From Nitrosopumilales archaeon (GTDB lineage: Archaea; Thermoproteota; Nitrososphaeria; Nitrososphaerales; Nitrososphaeraceae): a stretch of 43,857 nt of DNA. Numbering within the stretch: the first letter of the stretch is position 1; every line of letters starts with the position of its first letter. Position numbers and translations under genes: made by a program. A model generated the notes under the pieces. The model had not been told where the DNA came from, made no database searches, and saw nothing but the letters and a program-made list of their open reading frames with translations. The DNA lies in NCBI GenBank assembly GCA_044507735.1, contig JBIQJB010000019.1, positions 1 to 43,857 of the forward strand. Reading direction: 5' to 3'. Shown piece after piece: positions 30,973-40,854 of the stretch.

Positions 30973-32244
30973 TTGGCGACAGAAATTGCAGCAACCCAGG
31001 TGATACAAGACTTTGCGATAATAATGGTTATCGCATCCTGCATGGCGCTTCTGTCATACAAGCTCAAGCAGCCAATGCTCATCGGATACATTGTGGCAGG
31101 GATGATAATTGGGCCGTTCACGCCGCCGTTTAGCCTCATCCTGCACCCCGAAATACTCAACCTCCTTGCAGAAATAGGGATCGTCCTGCTCCTGTTCGTT
31201 GTAGGGCTTGAATACCCGATCGCAAAGCTCCGGTCGGTCGGAAAGAAGGCTCTGGTAATTGCCTTTTCCGAGGCGTTTGGGACTTTTGCGCTCGGGTTTG
31301 TCGTAGGTCAGCTGATGGGCATGACGGTATTTGACAGCCTCTTTATCGCGCTGGCCATATCAGTCACAAGCACCGTGGTGCTTTCCCGCGTACTGGAAGA
31401 ATTTGGAATTGCAAAGGCAGATGTTTCCACCCTTATCTTGGGCGTGACTGTAATCGAGGACATTATCATAGTCTCGACTCTTGCAGTATTGCAGTCAGTT
31501 GCCACAACCGGCAGCCTGGAAATTACCGAAGTCGCAATTTCGGTCGGGCTGGTCCTTGCGTTCATCGGCGGAGCGCTGTTCATAGGTTCAAAGACAGTGC
31601 CAAGATTTGTCGATTTTGTAAACAAGACAAACCACTTTGATGTCCTGGTTGTGGCAATCCTCGGCATCGCATTTGGACTGTCGTTCATTGCGAGCCAGCT
31701 TGGCATATCGGTTGCCGCCGGCGCGTTCTTTGCAGGAGTCCTGGTGGCAGAATCAAAGACCCACGCGACTGCAAGGGTCCTATCGACGCCGCTAAAAGAC
31801 ATGTTTGCAGCCCTCTTCTTTGTATCAGTAGGCGCCCTAATGGATATCTCGCAGCTGCCCCTGTTCATTGTTCCAGCACTGATCTTTGTCGCAACCTCGT
31901 TTGTGGCAAAATTCGCAACGGTCTACCTCTCCGCAAAATCCCAGGGCGTGAGCACAAAGAAATCTGTGCAGACAGCTTTTGGATCGTCGGCTTCAGGAGG
32001 CGAGCTTGCACTGGTCACCGCAAAGGGCGGAGCCGACGTAGGTGCAACCAGCCCGTTTGTCCTGCCGATGGTGGGGACAATGACCATCATTACATCTTTC
32101 TTGTCTCCCTACGTAGTCAAGTTTGGATGGATGATGGGAGAGAGGGTCAAGCAGGAAGAAGAACCAGAAGGGGGAGGAGAAGAGGAAGAGCAGCCTGAAA
32201 AGGAAGGAGAAGGAGGAGAAGGAGACGAGCAGCAGCAACATTAG
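30973..32244 (+). CDS. CPA2-family cation:proton antiporter with acidic tail
   Basis: GYIVAGMIIGP, LLFVVGLE, TSTVV, IEDI, GAFFAG, FFVSVG; about 12 TM helices; no RCK domain. Confidence 0.9.
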   Translation: MATEIAATQVIQDFAIIMVIASCMALLSYKLKQPMLIGYIVAGMIIGPFTPPFSLILHPEILNLLAEIGIVLLLFVVGLEYPIAKLRSVGKKALVIAFSEAFGTFALGFVVGQLMGMTVFDSLFIALAISVTSTVVLSRVLEEFGIAKADVSTLILGVTVIEDIIIVSTLAVLQSVATTGSLEITEVAISVGLVLAFIGGALFIGSKTVPRFVDFVNKTNHFDVLVVAILGIAFGLSFIASQLGISVAAGAFFAGVLVAESKTHATARVLSTPLKDMFAALFFVSVGALMDISQLPLFIVPALIFVATSFVAKFATVYLSAKSQGVSTKKSVQTAFGSSASGGELALVTAKGGADVGATSPFVLPMVGTMTIITSFLSPYVVKFGWMMGERVKQEEEPEGGGEEEEQPEKEGEGGEGDEQQQH

Positions 32245-32438
32245 CTGTCGCTGACCGGTCGCTTTCTTGCAATAGCTTGTGGGCAAATGCTTCGATGAGT
32301 GGTTCCTCAGGTCTCTTGTGTCTCTCCATCTAATTCTCTCGCTCTTTGTGAAGGAGATGTCGCCGGGATTTGACATGGCTCTCTGACTTTTGATGGGCGT
32401 CCTTCTCCGTCCGTCATGTGTGTACCCGGCAACCACAC

Positions 32439-32720
32439 TCAGCTTGGAGGGGGCCGTAAAGACAACAACCTAGGCTTGTTGTTGCTCCCATGATGGCACT
32501 TTTTGTTGCAAAACGGGCAATTCTGCCTATCCGAATTTTCGCATTGACACGGATGTGCCAGAATGAAACTAGCTCCGGCTTTTGTGAACTCGCCTGTTCC
32601 GTTGCAAAATGGACATATTACGGCTCGCCATGTGTTCAATCTGCCTTCTCCCTTGCATACAGGGCAGCCCGTGTCTGCCGCCGGCTGCTTGACTTGGTTT
32701 ATTCTGTTAAGCCAATTCAT
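32439..32720 (-). CDS. Small protein with DnaJ-type CxxCxGxG zinc finger and a second Cys/His cluster
   Basis: CPVCKGEG, CPFCNGTG, CQC...CPFCNKKCHH. Confidence 0.75.
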   Translation of the reverse strand: MNWLNRINQVKQPAADTGCPVCKGEGRLNTWRAVICPFCNGTGEFTKAGASFILAHPCQCENSDRQNCPFCNKKCHHGSNNKPRLLSLRPPPS

Positions 32721-32896
32721 ACCAGACTTTCTATCAGAACAATTAACTATGACTATTTACAAGTGTCGAAGAAAAATTCAGTAGAAACAATACATGAAGG
32801 GGAAGGAACCGGTTTCGCCCCTCTTTTTGTGTCTGGAATTGCATGAAAATGAACAAGGAAATTGCAAATAAAATGCCGAAAATTTCGGGACAGGCT

Positions 32897-33007
32897 CTAA
32901 TAGGAATGCTCCTCGCTCAGATGATTCTTTAGGCTTTTCTTGCTGGCAAACGTCTTGTTGCACTTTTCGCATCGGATGTGTCCGACATCTCTGATTTCTC
33001 TTGACAT
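32897..33007 (-). CDS. 36-aa stand-alone C2H2 zinc-finger microprotein (not in ORF track)
   Basis: MSREIRDVGHIRCEKCNKTFASKKSLKNHLSEEHSY matches C-x2-C-x3-F-x5-L-x2-H-x4-H. Confidence 0.75.
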   Translation of the reverse strand: MSREIRDVGHIRCEKCNKTFASKKSLKNHLSEEHSY

Positions 33008-33095
33008 TTTGCTCGCTTGGATGCGCGTGTTATGTTACCTCGATTGAATTAAGGATTTGGATTGCGAACGATTGCATTTGATATCTCATTTGCCA

Positions 33096-34412
33096 TCACG
33101 CAATCGCTTCAAACGTATCCTTTCTGGCAAACGCTTCTCTGGCTATTGCTAGTGCTCCCTTCCGCAGAAGCATGGCCCGATGCACTCGCTGTTTGGCCAT
33201 CTCCATGGCAACTTCCCTTGGTGTCTTGTCGTCATCGCCACCATTGTTGCCATTTTCATCTCCCTCCCTTGCATGTTCTTCCATGATCGACCGGGCTAGC
33301 ACCCGCTTTACGTTCCTGGATATCTTGTATGCGATAAGATCAAATGCATCCTTTTCAGTGCCACCCTTGTACTCTACAAAAGACCCTATCACGCCGCCTG
33401 CATTCGCTATAAAGTCGGGCACAATGAGAACGCCATTTTCATAGAGATACCTGTCTGCAGAGGGGGAAGTTGGAATGTTTGCAGCTTCTACTATCACCCT
33501 TGTGCCATGCTCAAGAAGCTTTTTGGCAGTTCTGTCGTTTACAGAGTCGCTGACGGCTGCCGGTATGAAAATGTCTGAATCTATTTCAAATATCTCCTCT
33601 TTATTTCTGATGTTGTATTTTGATCCGCTTCTTCTTCCTCCTCTTCCTCCTTCTTCTTCCCTTTTCAGGTCAGCTATCGTGTCCTTGCCCCGCATGTCCA
33701 TCATCAGCCTTGGAACATCGATGCCACCAGGGTCGTGTATCATTCCAGAGATGTCGCTGATGGCAACCACCCTGTACCCTCTCATGTGGAGGAATTTTGC
33801 GGTAAAAGACCCCACGTTGCCAAACCCTTGAATAGAAACCGTTGCAGACCTCTTGTCCAGTTTCGCGGGGCCTGCAGAAGACCTTGGCGGCCACGGCTGT
33901 GTATTGTCAAGTGCATCCATGGTTGAATCAAGTGCCACCGCCACTCCATAGCCTGTCGTTCCCAGCTCGTGGGGAATGCCTCCAAGCTCTTGCGGCTTGC
34001 CCGTGCAGGCTCGCATGTCGCCAATCTCATGGGCAAAGATTGCCATGTCAAGCTCAGTTGTGCCAATGTCAGTCGCCGCTATGTACTGAAGAGGACAGTA
34101 GGGGCGAATCATTTTGGCAAAAGACTTGACCCAGCCTACCCTGTCCACCGCCGCAGGGTTCCCGACAATTCCGGCTTTGGCCCCGCCAAACGGGAGGCCG
34201 GCGGCAGCGCACTTCCAGGTCATGGTCCGGGCGAGCCGGAATACCTCCTGCACATTGGTTTTCTCGCTAAATCTTATCCCACCTTTTCCGGGACCTGCTG
34301 CAGTGTTGTCGATGACAAGGACTCCTTTCATTCCGGTGTCCGGGTCGTAGACGCTCAGAACTTTCTCAGGTCCCCATTCATCGGCAGCAAAAATGCCGTC
34401 GTCTTGTTCCAT
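33096..34412 (-). CDS. Glu/Leu/Phe/Val dehydrogenase (glutamate dehydrogenase-like)
   Basis: GPGKGGIR, MTWK, GGAKAG, QGFGNVG, EAANIP, PDFIANAGGV. Confidence 0.9.
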   Translation of the reverse strand: MEQDDGIFAADEWGPEKVLSVYDPDTGMKGVLVIDNTAAGPGKGGIRFSEKTNVQEVFRLARTMTWKCAAAGLPFGGAKAGIVGNPAAVDRVGWVKSFAKMIRPYCPLQYIAATDIGTTELDMAIFAHEIGDMRACTGKPQELGGIPHELGTTGYGVAVALDSTMDALDNTQPWPPRSSAGPAKLDKRSATVSIQGFGNVGSFTAKFLHMRGYRVVAISDISGMIHDPGGIDVPRLMMDMRGKDTIADLKREEEGGRGGRRSGSKYNIRNKEEIFEIDSDIFIPAAVSDSVNDRTAKKLLEHGTRVIVEAANIPTSPSADRYLYENGVLIVPDFIANAGGVIGSFVEYKGGTEKDAFDLIAYKISRNVKRVLARSIMEEHAREGDENGNNGGDDDKTPREVAMEMAKQRVHRAMLLRKGALAIAREAFARKDTFEAIA

Positions 34413-34616
34413 GGAACCGGAGCGCTAACTTGATAATTATAGGCATCGCACAATATCCTTGCAAGGTTGCCAGGTTTTGGTCGGGCAGAGTATGTATCTA
34501 TGCAGCCAAGTTCTGTATCATCGTGATAGGAATCTCGAAACTATCTAGTCACGTCAGATAATTGTCTGAAGCACGAGTTCTCTATCCGATAAATACCATA
34601 GTCCTACATCGATGCC

Positions 34617-35075
34617 ATGGCACAAATCCAACAAGAAATAGAGATTAATGCACCAGTAGACAGAGTGTTCCAGTATTATACAGACCCTGACAAGATCAAA
34701 GAAGCATGGCCGCAGGATGTAGTAAAAGAATCTCAAGCCACCACTGCTACAAAGAATGAGCCGGGCTCTGAAATGCGCGTTGCGGGAGAGCAAATGGGGA
34801 TGTGGCAGGAAATGCGACTGCAGGTTGCTGAAAAGGACCAAAACAGGAGATTAGTGACGAGGCAGGTGGAAGGACCATTCAAGAAATGGGAGAGTATTCA
34901 AGAGTTTGAGGGCGATAATAATAGAACGCATGTTCGCCACACAATCGACTACGAGATTCCGACAGAAGGAAAGGTTGCAGACTTTTTCTCAGGCGGCAAG
35001 GCTGATGAGAAAATAAAGCAGGGTCTGGAACAGGCTATCCAGACAGTCAAGGGAAAACTTGAAGGAACAACTTAG
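34617..35075 (+). CDS. SRPBCC/START (polyketide cyclase/dehydrase-like) protein
   Basis: IEINAPVDRVF, GPFKKWE, THVRHTIDY. Confidence 0.85.
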   Translation: MAQIQQEIEINAPVDRVFQYYTDPDKIKEAWPQDVVKESQATTATKNEPGSEMRVAGEQMGMWQEMRLQVAEKDQNRRLVTRQVEGPFKKWESIQEFEGDNNRTHVRHTIDYEIPTEGKVADFFSGGKADEKIKQGLEQAIQTVKGKLEGTT

Positions 35076-35092
35076 GAGACACGATACAACAA

Positions 35093-35440
35093 ATGACAAG
35101 CCGCAACATAGTAGAGCATTTTGAGATACCTGCTGACAGCACGGACGAGCTGAAGGGCTTTTACTCGTCCCTGTTTGGATGGCAGTTTGAAAAGGGGCAT
35201 ACCCAAGACTATTGGATGATAAGAAATGCAGGGATAAGCGGCGGGCTGGCTCCAAGAGAAAATTCAGAGCAGATGCCGACCATGTTTGTAACAGTTGAGT
35301 CTATAGAGGATCATATCAGCAAGGCAGAGCAGCTAGGCGCAAGGGTGGTAAAGGACAAGCAGGAGATCGATGTAGGATACTATGCAGTACTGGAAGATCC
35401 CCAAAGGAACACATTTGGGATCTGGCAGGGAAAACTGTAG
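35093..35440 (+). CDS. VOC/glyoxalase family protein
   Basis: HFEIPAD...FYSSLFGW...DPQRNTFGIWQ. Confidence 0.88.
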   Translation: MTSRNIVEHFEIPADSTDELKGFYSSLFGWQFEKGHTQDYWMIRNAGISGGLAPRENSEQMPTMFVTVESIEDHISKAEQLGARVVKDKQEIDVGYYAVLEDPQRNTFGIWQGKL

Positions 35441-35504
35441 TAATGTCTCATCGCATACCGCCCCTTGCTATTTCTTGACTACAGAGGAATGATAGCAGAG
35501 AGAT

Positions 35505-35846
35505 ATGTCTTATCTTTCAGATGACAAGAACTATACGGACCCAGATAATTCGGGAATAGATGCGATTGACAGGGCAGGGGAGATTACGGGAGAGCCTTCG
35601 GATAATGAGGCGATCGACAGGGACAAGGCAGCTAAAATGGCTAACCTGCTTGAAGGGCTGGAATTTCCAGCAACAAAAGAGGACATAAAGAATCACATTA
35701 ACAGAAAATCCCCTGCAATGGGCAACCGAATAAACGACATTTTCGAAGTGGTATTGAACAATCTGAGCGATGGTGTAAGGTTTGAGAGTGTTTATGAAGT
35801 GGAAAAGGCTGCGGGCCTGATAAGAGAAACCAAGGGAACGACATAG
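35505..35846 (+). CDS. DUF2795-like protein
   Basis: LEGLEFPATKEDI...L.NL.D...F.SV.EV motif. Confidence 0.7.
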   Translation: MSYLSDDKNYTDPDNSGIDAIDRAGEITGEPSDNEAIDRDKAAKMANLLEGLEFPATKEDIKNHINRKSPAMGNRINDIFEVVLNNLSDGVRFESVYEVEKAAGLIRETKGTT

Positions 35847-35870
35847 GAAAGTCCATCAGAGATTTCGTCG

Positions 35871-36740
35871 ATGCTTCTTATTGCATTCCCGCGGTTACTA
35901 GCCGCATTCATCATTATGGTCTTGATGCTCTTCCTTTCCCTCTCTAATGTGTATGCGCATAAACCGCTTCAAGCTGAATCAGATAACAACAACAGGCTTT
36001 TGGATGCAGTACATATCCCAGACCACAAGGTTTCATACGCGATACACCAGGAGATTAACGATCCTGGCGAAGTAGATTACTATTCTTTTGATGCCAAAGA
36101 GGGCGATGAGCTGTATGTAGAGATGACAATTCCAAAGCTAGCAGGACTGGAATCATTTACGCCATCCATAGCTCTCATTGGTCATGGCATTAATTCAGAG
36201 CTGCTTGAACAACATGATAACAATAACAATAACAACATCAGCATTTCGAAAGTTGAAATCAACCCAGATCCACACGAGCACAGGAATTATGATGATAATG
36301 ATGATGATGCCTTTTCCTCACAGGTTCCTGCCAATAAAGGCGCTATTATAGTTGTTAACTACAACGGAACTATCCCATCGACAGAATTTTTCGAACCCTT
36401 TACACAGACATCGTACTGGGAGAGGCAAAAGTTAATCGTAGACGAATTGCCGTCTAGCGGTAGATACTATCTTGCGGTTTTTGATGGGCAGCGCGATGTT
36501 CAAGGCGACAATAATAATAATAATGATGATACCGCTGCTACCGAAAAATACACCCTTGCCGTGGGAAAGATAGAGGATTTCACAACTACAGACTATGTAG
36601 TTACTCTGCCAGTGGCGTGGTTTGACACAAAATTGTTCTTCAACGATTATGTGACACCCTCGATCGCAATAGTCTTGCTGATAGCGATTCCTTCTTTAAT
36701 CGTGACATTCCTCCATATCCACAGGTCTCGGCGCTGTTAA
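35871..36740 (+). CDS. Exported protein with C-terminal membrane anchor
   Basis: Signal peptide ending AH, VDYYSFDA, FFEPFTQTSYW, YTLAVG, C-terminal TM helix. Confidence 0.75.
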   Translation: MLLIAFPRLLAAFIIMVLMLFLSLSNVYAHKPLQAESDNNNRLLDAVHIPDHKVSYAIHQEINDPGEVDYYSFDAKEGDELYVEMTIPKLAGLESFTPSIALIGHGINSELLEQHDNNNNNNISISKVEINPDPHEHRNYDDNDDDAFSSQVPANKGAIIVVNYNGTIPSTEFFEPFTQTSYWERQKLIVDELPSSGRYYLAVFDGQRDVQGDNNNNNDDTAATEKYTLAVGKIEDFTTTDYVVTLPVAWFDTKLFFNDYVTPSIAIVLLIAIPSLIVTFLHIHRSRRC

Positions 36741-36793
36741 CCTATCGCCACCTGTAGCGTTTTGTCCCATCCATCCCGCATTGTGCAGTGAAT

Positions 36794-36816
36794 GTCAAGC
36801 CGACAGGCGGCTTGAC
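36794..36816. terminator. Perfect 9-bp hairpin between convergent genes
   Basis: GTCAAGCCG-ACAGG-CGGCTTGAC. Confidence 0.4.
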
Positions 36817-36825
36817 GGTCTTGCA

Positions 36826-37143
36826 TTATGGTTCTTCCTTTTCTACTACTACCATCATCACCTGCTTTTGTTCCTCTGCTACAGGAACAGATGATGATGA
36901 TGCTGTTGTTGTTGCTTCTGTTGCTATTGTGCCCTTCTTATTCTGCATTTTTTCCCGCAGTTTGTTCTTGTATTTCAAATTGCGAGGCTTTGTTCTCAGC
37001 CTGTAGCCACAACACGGACACCAGAGATCATTCCAATTGATGAATATCTCGCATATCTGGCAGCGCTTCTGTCCTGTAGAATACCTGCCTGCGCCAGTTG
37101 GTTTCGGTGCTCTGTGACGAATGCAAATGCCTTTACATGTCAA
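36826..37143 (-). CDS. Thaumarchaeal Cys-rich zinc-ribbon protein
   Basis: MTCKGIC...RY..GQKRCQIC...CPCCGYRLRTKPR. Confidence 0.8.
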   Translation of the reverse strand: MTCKGICIRHRAPKPTGAGRYSTGQKRCQICEIFINWNDLWCPCCGYRLRTKPRNLKYKNKLREKMQNKKGTIATEATTTASSSSVPVAEEQKQVMMVVVEKEEP

Positions 37144-37309
37144 TCCTGGATCTTCACCCTAAAGAATTTGCACATTAACTATGGGGGATTTACCAATTAT
37201 TATATTAACTTTTATGAAATTTTTGTCTCAAATTTCATGCCATAAATCAACAACGAGCGTTCTCTGAGCAAGAACGATGATAACAATAACGTGCTTTTCC
37301 AAATGCTAG

Positions 37310-37530
37310 ATGTTAGCGATATGGGGTTGTTGAGGGCAAACTCCCTGGAAATGCCGATTCCCAAAGGAACACACTATGATATTCCCTCACATGCGACTGA
37401 GCTGACTAACCCCATATCGCTGGAACGAGGAGATGCCCTCTTTAGTCAGACTCTTCAAGAAGAAGAGTGGATTCACATTTCAATTTTAGTCAAAGCTGCT
37501 TTTGACTTTTCAAAACTGCCGCTTAGTACG
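37310..37530 (-). ncRNA. Candidate structured ncRNA, family 1 copy 2
   Basis: Same 13-bp inverted repeat (37316-37328/37408-37420), identical 20-mer (37341-37360) and covarying helices relative to 20640-20862. Ends approximate. Confidence 0.65.
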
Positions 37531-37766
37531 GCTACTACAGGACCGCACCGGTTTCTCCACTGACTCGCAAAAAACTGCTACATAGTTGTGGAATCAACAA
37601 CTACAACAGAGCTCCTCGGATGATAAGACATGCTAGTGCGATTGTTGCGATAGTTCTTCTCCATAGTTATGTTTGACTGGAGTCTTGATACTGCCTCTGC
37701 TCTGCTGTCATTTCGTCAATCCGCATTGCGTCAAGTGCGTACCTTGCCACTTGGCTGTCTAACTCG

Positions 37767-38574
37767 CTAGTGTTCTTGAAGGAACGCAAGTGTGTTTCTT
37801 AGATCCAGAATCACATTGTCGGCCTCGGGCAGATCCCTTACCAGATGGGCCAGACTGCTAGTCCAATGATCCTTTGCCTCAGCTATTCTGACTCTGTCAA
37901 AGAGGAGATCGGGCATGAATTTTATCCCCTTCAATTCACACTTTTCCACTACGAGTGTCTTGATCTCTTGTTCGTCGAACTCTTGTTCCTTCATCAGTCT
38001 CCATACGTCATAGTAATCGCGGGAATATCCCCTTTGCATGATGCTTCTTATCTTTTCAGCCAGTATTTCCTTAAGCGAATAAGATAGTATGGTGTATCTA
38101 GCAAGTCAGGATAGTCACTCTTCACGATTCTTGATTCAGGTGCAAGTGCCATCTCTCCGAAAGCGAGATGTCAAGTTTGATTCTGTTTGGATGGTTCAGC
38201 GGACCGCGGAACTGCACGCTTGATATTAGGTGGCCTTCATTTGGATGGAAAGAATAGATAGAATAAGTAATTCCGCTTTCTACAGCCAATATGCTCAAGA
38301 CGCTCTGAATTGCTTCCTTTATCTTCCTTGGGTCCTTATCATCGGCATTGTAGCCAACAATAGTAAAGTCCAGATCTTCGGAGAAGCGCCATGTGCCTGG
38401 GAAGAAGGCTTTGCGAATAGCAGTGCCGCCCTTTAACGAAAAGATTTGTCCGAGCTTGCTATCTTGATGGTAGAAGCCTTTCAGCAACCATGTTAGGGCA
38501 TAATCCTTCTCTGCAACTGCAGCTCCTATCTTTTTGTCTCTTGCAATGCTTCTAATCCGCTCATTATCAATCAT
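37767..38574 (-). pseudogene. AbiEii/AbiGii nucleotidyltransferase toxin with two frameshifts
   Basis: EKDY, LKGGTAI, RFSEDLDF in one frame; SDYPDL in a second; YSLKEILAEKIR...RDYYD in a third. Shifts near 38153 and 38100. Confidence 0.85.
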
Positions 38575-39431
38575 TGCGATTCTTGCTTCCAGCTTACAAG
38601 AGAATCCTTTGGTACATTGACCAGCAAGTTCCACTTGGTGTTGTATTTTCCTTTGCTGTCTTGACGAGGGCGAATCGTCGGATCGAGTATGGACATGCCC
38701 GGCGAAATCATACCCATCATTCTCGGATACAGTTCTAGGTATCTGATATCGAGAATATCTAGCAGAAACCCGAGCCTCTTGATTATTGTAGAGTTGCCCA
38801 TCCTTTGCGCATATTCGAGCACCTTTTCGATAGATATAGAATCTCTGGCATTCGAGATGCATTTTGCCACTTCTGCCATTCCACCGCAGTATTCCGGATG
38901 GTCAAGTGCATCTGCTATCGTCTTTTCTCTGTCAGATATGTTGACTCTGTCTGAGCCAAGCGATATGCTTGAAAAACCAAAGAACTTTTTCTTATCAAGT
39001 GTTATGAATCGATACCTTACGTCCATGATGGTTCTGCTCTTTGCCCTCTTTGTAGTGGCTATGAAAACTGTTAATGGTGTTTGCTCTGTCATGTTGTAAA
39101 AGTTCAGGGCACTCCAGTATCCTATGTAGTATGGAGATACAAGATGAGAGGCTATGATAAACTCGTGTTCTGTATATTTTGCATCAACCCCTGCACTTAG
39201 CGGGACTATGAGGTATGTGCCGCGCTTGAGATTTATCGTCCATTTCTTCTTGGCCAGCACTTTTGCAATATTCTTGGCATAGTCGTACGAGCAATCTAGC
39301 TCTGAAATTATGTCTCTCATGGTAAAGATGCTCTTTCCCTTGCTAGCGAGAGATGACAGCAGGAAGCTCTCTGTCTTCGACAGCCCTTGCCTTATATTTT
39401 GTGTGCTCTTGGAGGTTGATATGATCCCCAA
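38571..39431 (-). CDS. Type IV toxin-antitoxin AbiEi-family antitoxin / wHTH regulator
   Basis: LKRGTY, YYIGYWSAL..Y.MTEQ.P, SDREKTIAD.LDHP.YCGG, KRLGFLL; ATGA overlap with the toxin. Start uncertain (TTG 39431 chosen; ORF open to 39500). Confidence 0.88.
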   Translation of the reverse strand: MGIISTSKSTQNIRQGLSKTESFLLSSLASKGKSIFTMRDIISELDCSYDYAKNIAKVLAKKKWTINLKRGTYLIVPLSAGVDAKYTEHEFIIASHLVSPYYIGYWSALNFYNMTEQTPLTVFIATTKRAKSRTIMDVRYRFITLDKKKFFGFSSISLGSDRVNISDREKTIADALDHPEYCGGMAEVAKCISNARDSISIEKVLEYAQRMGNSTIIKRLGFLLDILDIRYLELYPRMMGMISPGMSILDPTIRPRQDSKGKYNTKWNLLVNVPKDSLVSWKQESQ

Positions 39432-40231
39432 CGTTACATAACATATAATGCCGTCAGTTAATAAAAGTATTCCGTACGCAAGGGTTGTTGCACTTGCCAT
39501 TCTTGCGCACTCCCATCACACACTCGGAGCACTTTTCAAAGATTGTTGTTGTGGAGTCAGGCCCGGGCATATCTCGTAATTCTGCTATCGACTGGATTGT
39601 GGATAAGCATCGGGAGTACACTGCATTGCTGCGCCATGCCCTGCCTTTTGCTGCAGGTCGCAGGAAAAAGGGACTGGCCTCATGTTCTTGTTGTTCTTGG
39701 CATTTGCCGCGCTTGGAAAAAAGAATTGACTCAAGACAAGAGGAGTAGCGTGCACAAATGTCGATGGTACCTTTCTTGGTTGTGCCGGGGTTCGTCTCTG
39801 CCAGGTTCACATTGTGCAGTCGTGTGCTTCTCAGGTTGGCTCATCGAAGCTTGGCCCCCACAAAAGCCAGCACTATCGGAGTTGCATCCATTCAGCTTTG
39901 CCTAGCGCAAATCGTTGCAGTCAAGTAGATAGAAGAATAACAACAATAGCCGCGCATTACCATCATTATTGACCCAAAAATCTCTTTGACAGCCACTTAT
40001 GGCAGCTGCGCTGGCAACGTTATGATTCCATGCAAGGCAGCTAACAATTTCTGGACTGTATGCATGGATGTATGCAGCTGTGATGAGTCGCGTCACCGCT
40101 GGTGGTGGTAGTAATAGCAACATGGCGAACTTTTGCAGGACAAGTTGCGAAGGGTCAGACAAATTGTTTCAGACATGCCATGTGAATGGCAGTTGTCACT
40201 CTAACTCAACATCACTCCCTGGCAACTTACC

Positions 40232-40282
40232 TTACTTTTTCTTTGGTTTTGATTTCTTTGCCTTCTTTTTCTTTGCGGCCAT
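40232..40282 (-). CDS. 16-aa Lys-rich micropeptide MAAKKKKAKKSKPKKK
   Basis: Complete ATG-to-TAA ORF with TTTTATAG about 26 nt upstream of the ATG (leaderless spacing). Confidence 0.5.
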   Translation of the reverse strand: MAAKKKKAKKSKPKKK

Positions 40283-40560
40283 CGCATTTTTGAATGGTGT
40301 CGATCTATAAAAATATCTCTAGGTTAACAAGGCGCCGGCAAGAAGAGCAGCTGCGAGAGCCGTGCCGCAGAAGGAGCGCCAGAGATCAGGAAGTGCAATT
40401 TGGTCGTGCGCAGGCGTGTCTCGATTTCTTCTGGATATTGGCCGTATTGCAACTCAAACCATCAGCCCGGTGGCATAGAGGTTGTTTACCTCTGCCAAGA
40501 ACTTTTTGAGATTCTATCGAGCTTGCAGATGCTTGGCTTGATGCCCAGCTAGTGCCGCTA

Positions 40561-40854
40561 TTACTGCTGCTGTTGCTGTCGTCGCTTCCTTTCCAGCTCT
40601 GACACGATCCTCCTGCGCAGTGGTATTGCTCCCGCTCCAAATATGCGGTCTAGCAACTCATCGAACCGCTCTATTTTGAAGGGTATCGCTTCACTGTCAA
40701 GCTTGTATACCAGCTCTAGCGTTCTGAAAACTAGCTTGGCAGAGCCTGGCCCAAACACATTTTCAATGGCATCAACCAGGGCTTCAAGGACTTGCCGTGG
40801 TTCAAGGCCTGCAACAGCCTCTTTCAGAGATGGAGAGTCGTTTTCTTCGCCCAA
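40561..40854 (-). CDS. Stand-alone NitrOD5/DUF3227-like protein
   Basis: VFGPGSAKLVFRTLELVYK...FDELLDRIFG aligns with the C-termini of the 9025 and 16379 proteins; TTATATAT about 30 nt upstream. Confidence 0.75.
   Translation of the reverse strand: MGEENDSPSLKEAVAGLEPRQVLEALVDAIENVFGPGSAKLVFRTLELVYKLDSEAIPFKIERFDELLDRIFGAGAIPLRRRIVSELERKRRQQQQQ

Noticed and set aside
39454-40200. Several short ORFs upstream of the antitoxin
   Set aside because: Mutually overlapping with no motif; no integrase or att site seen to define a mobile island.
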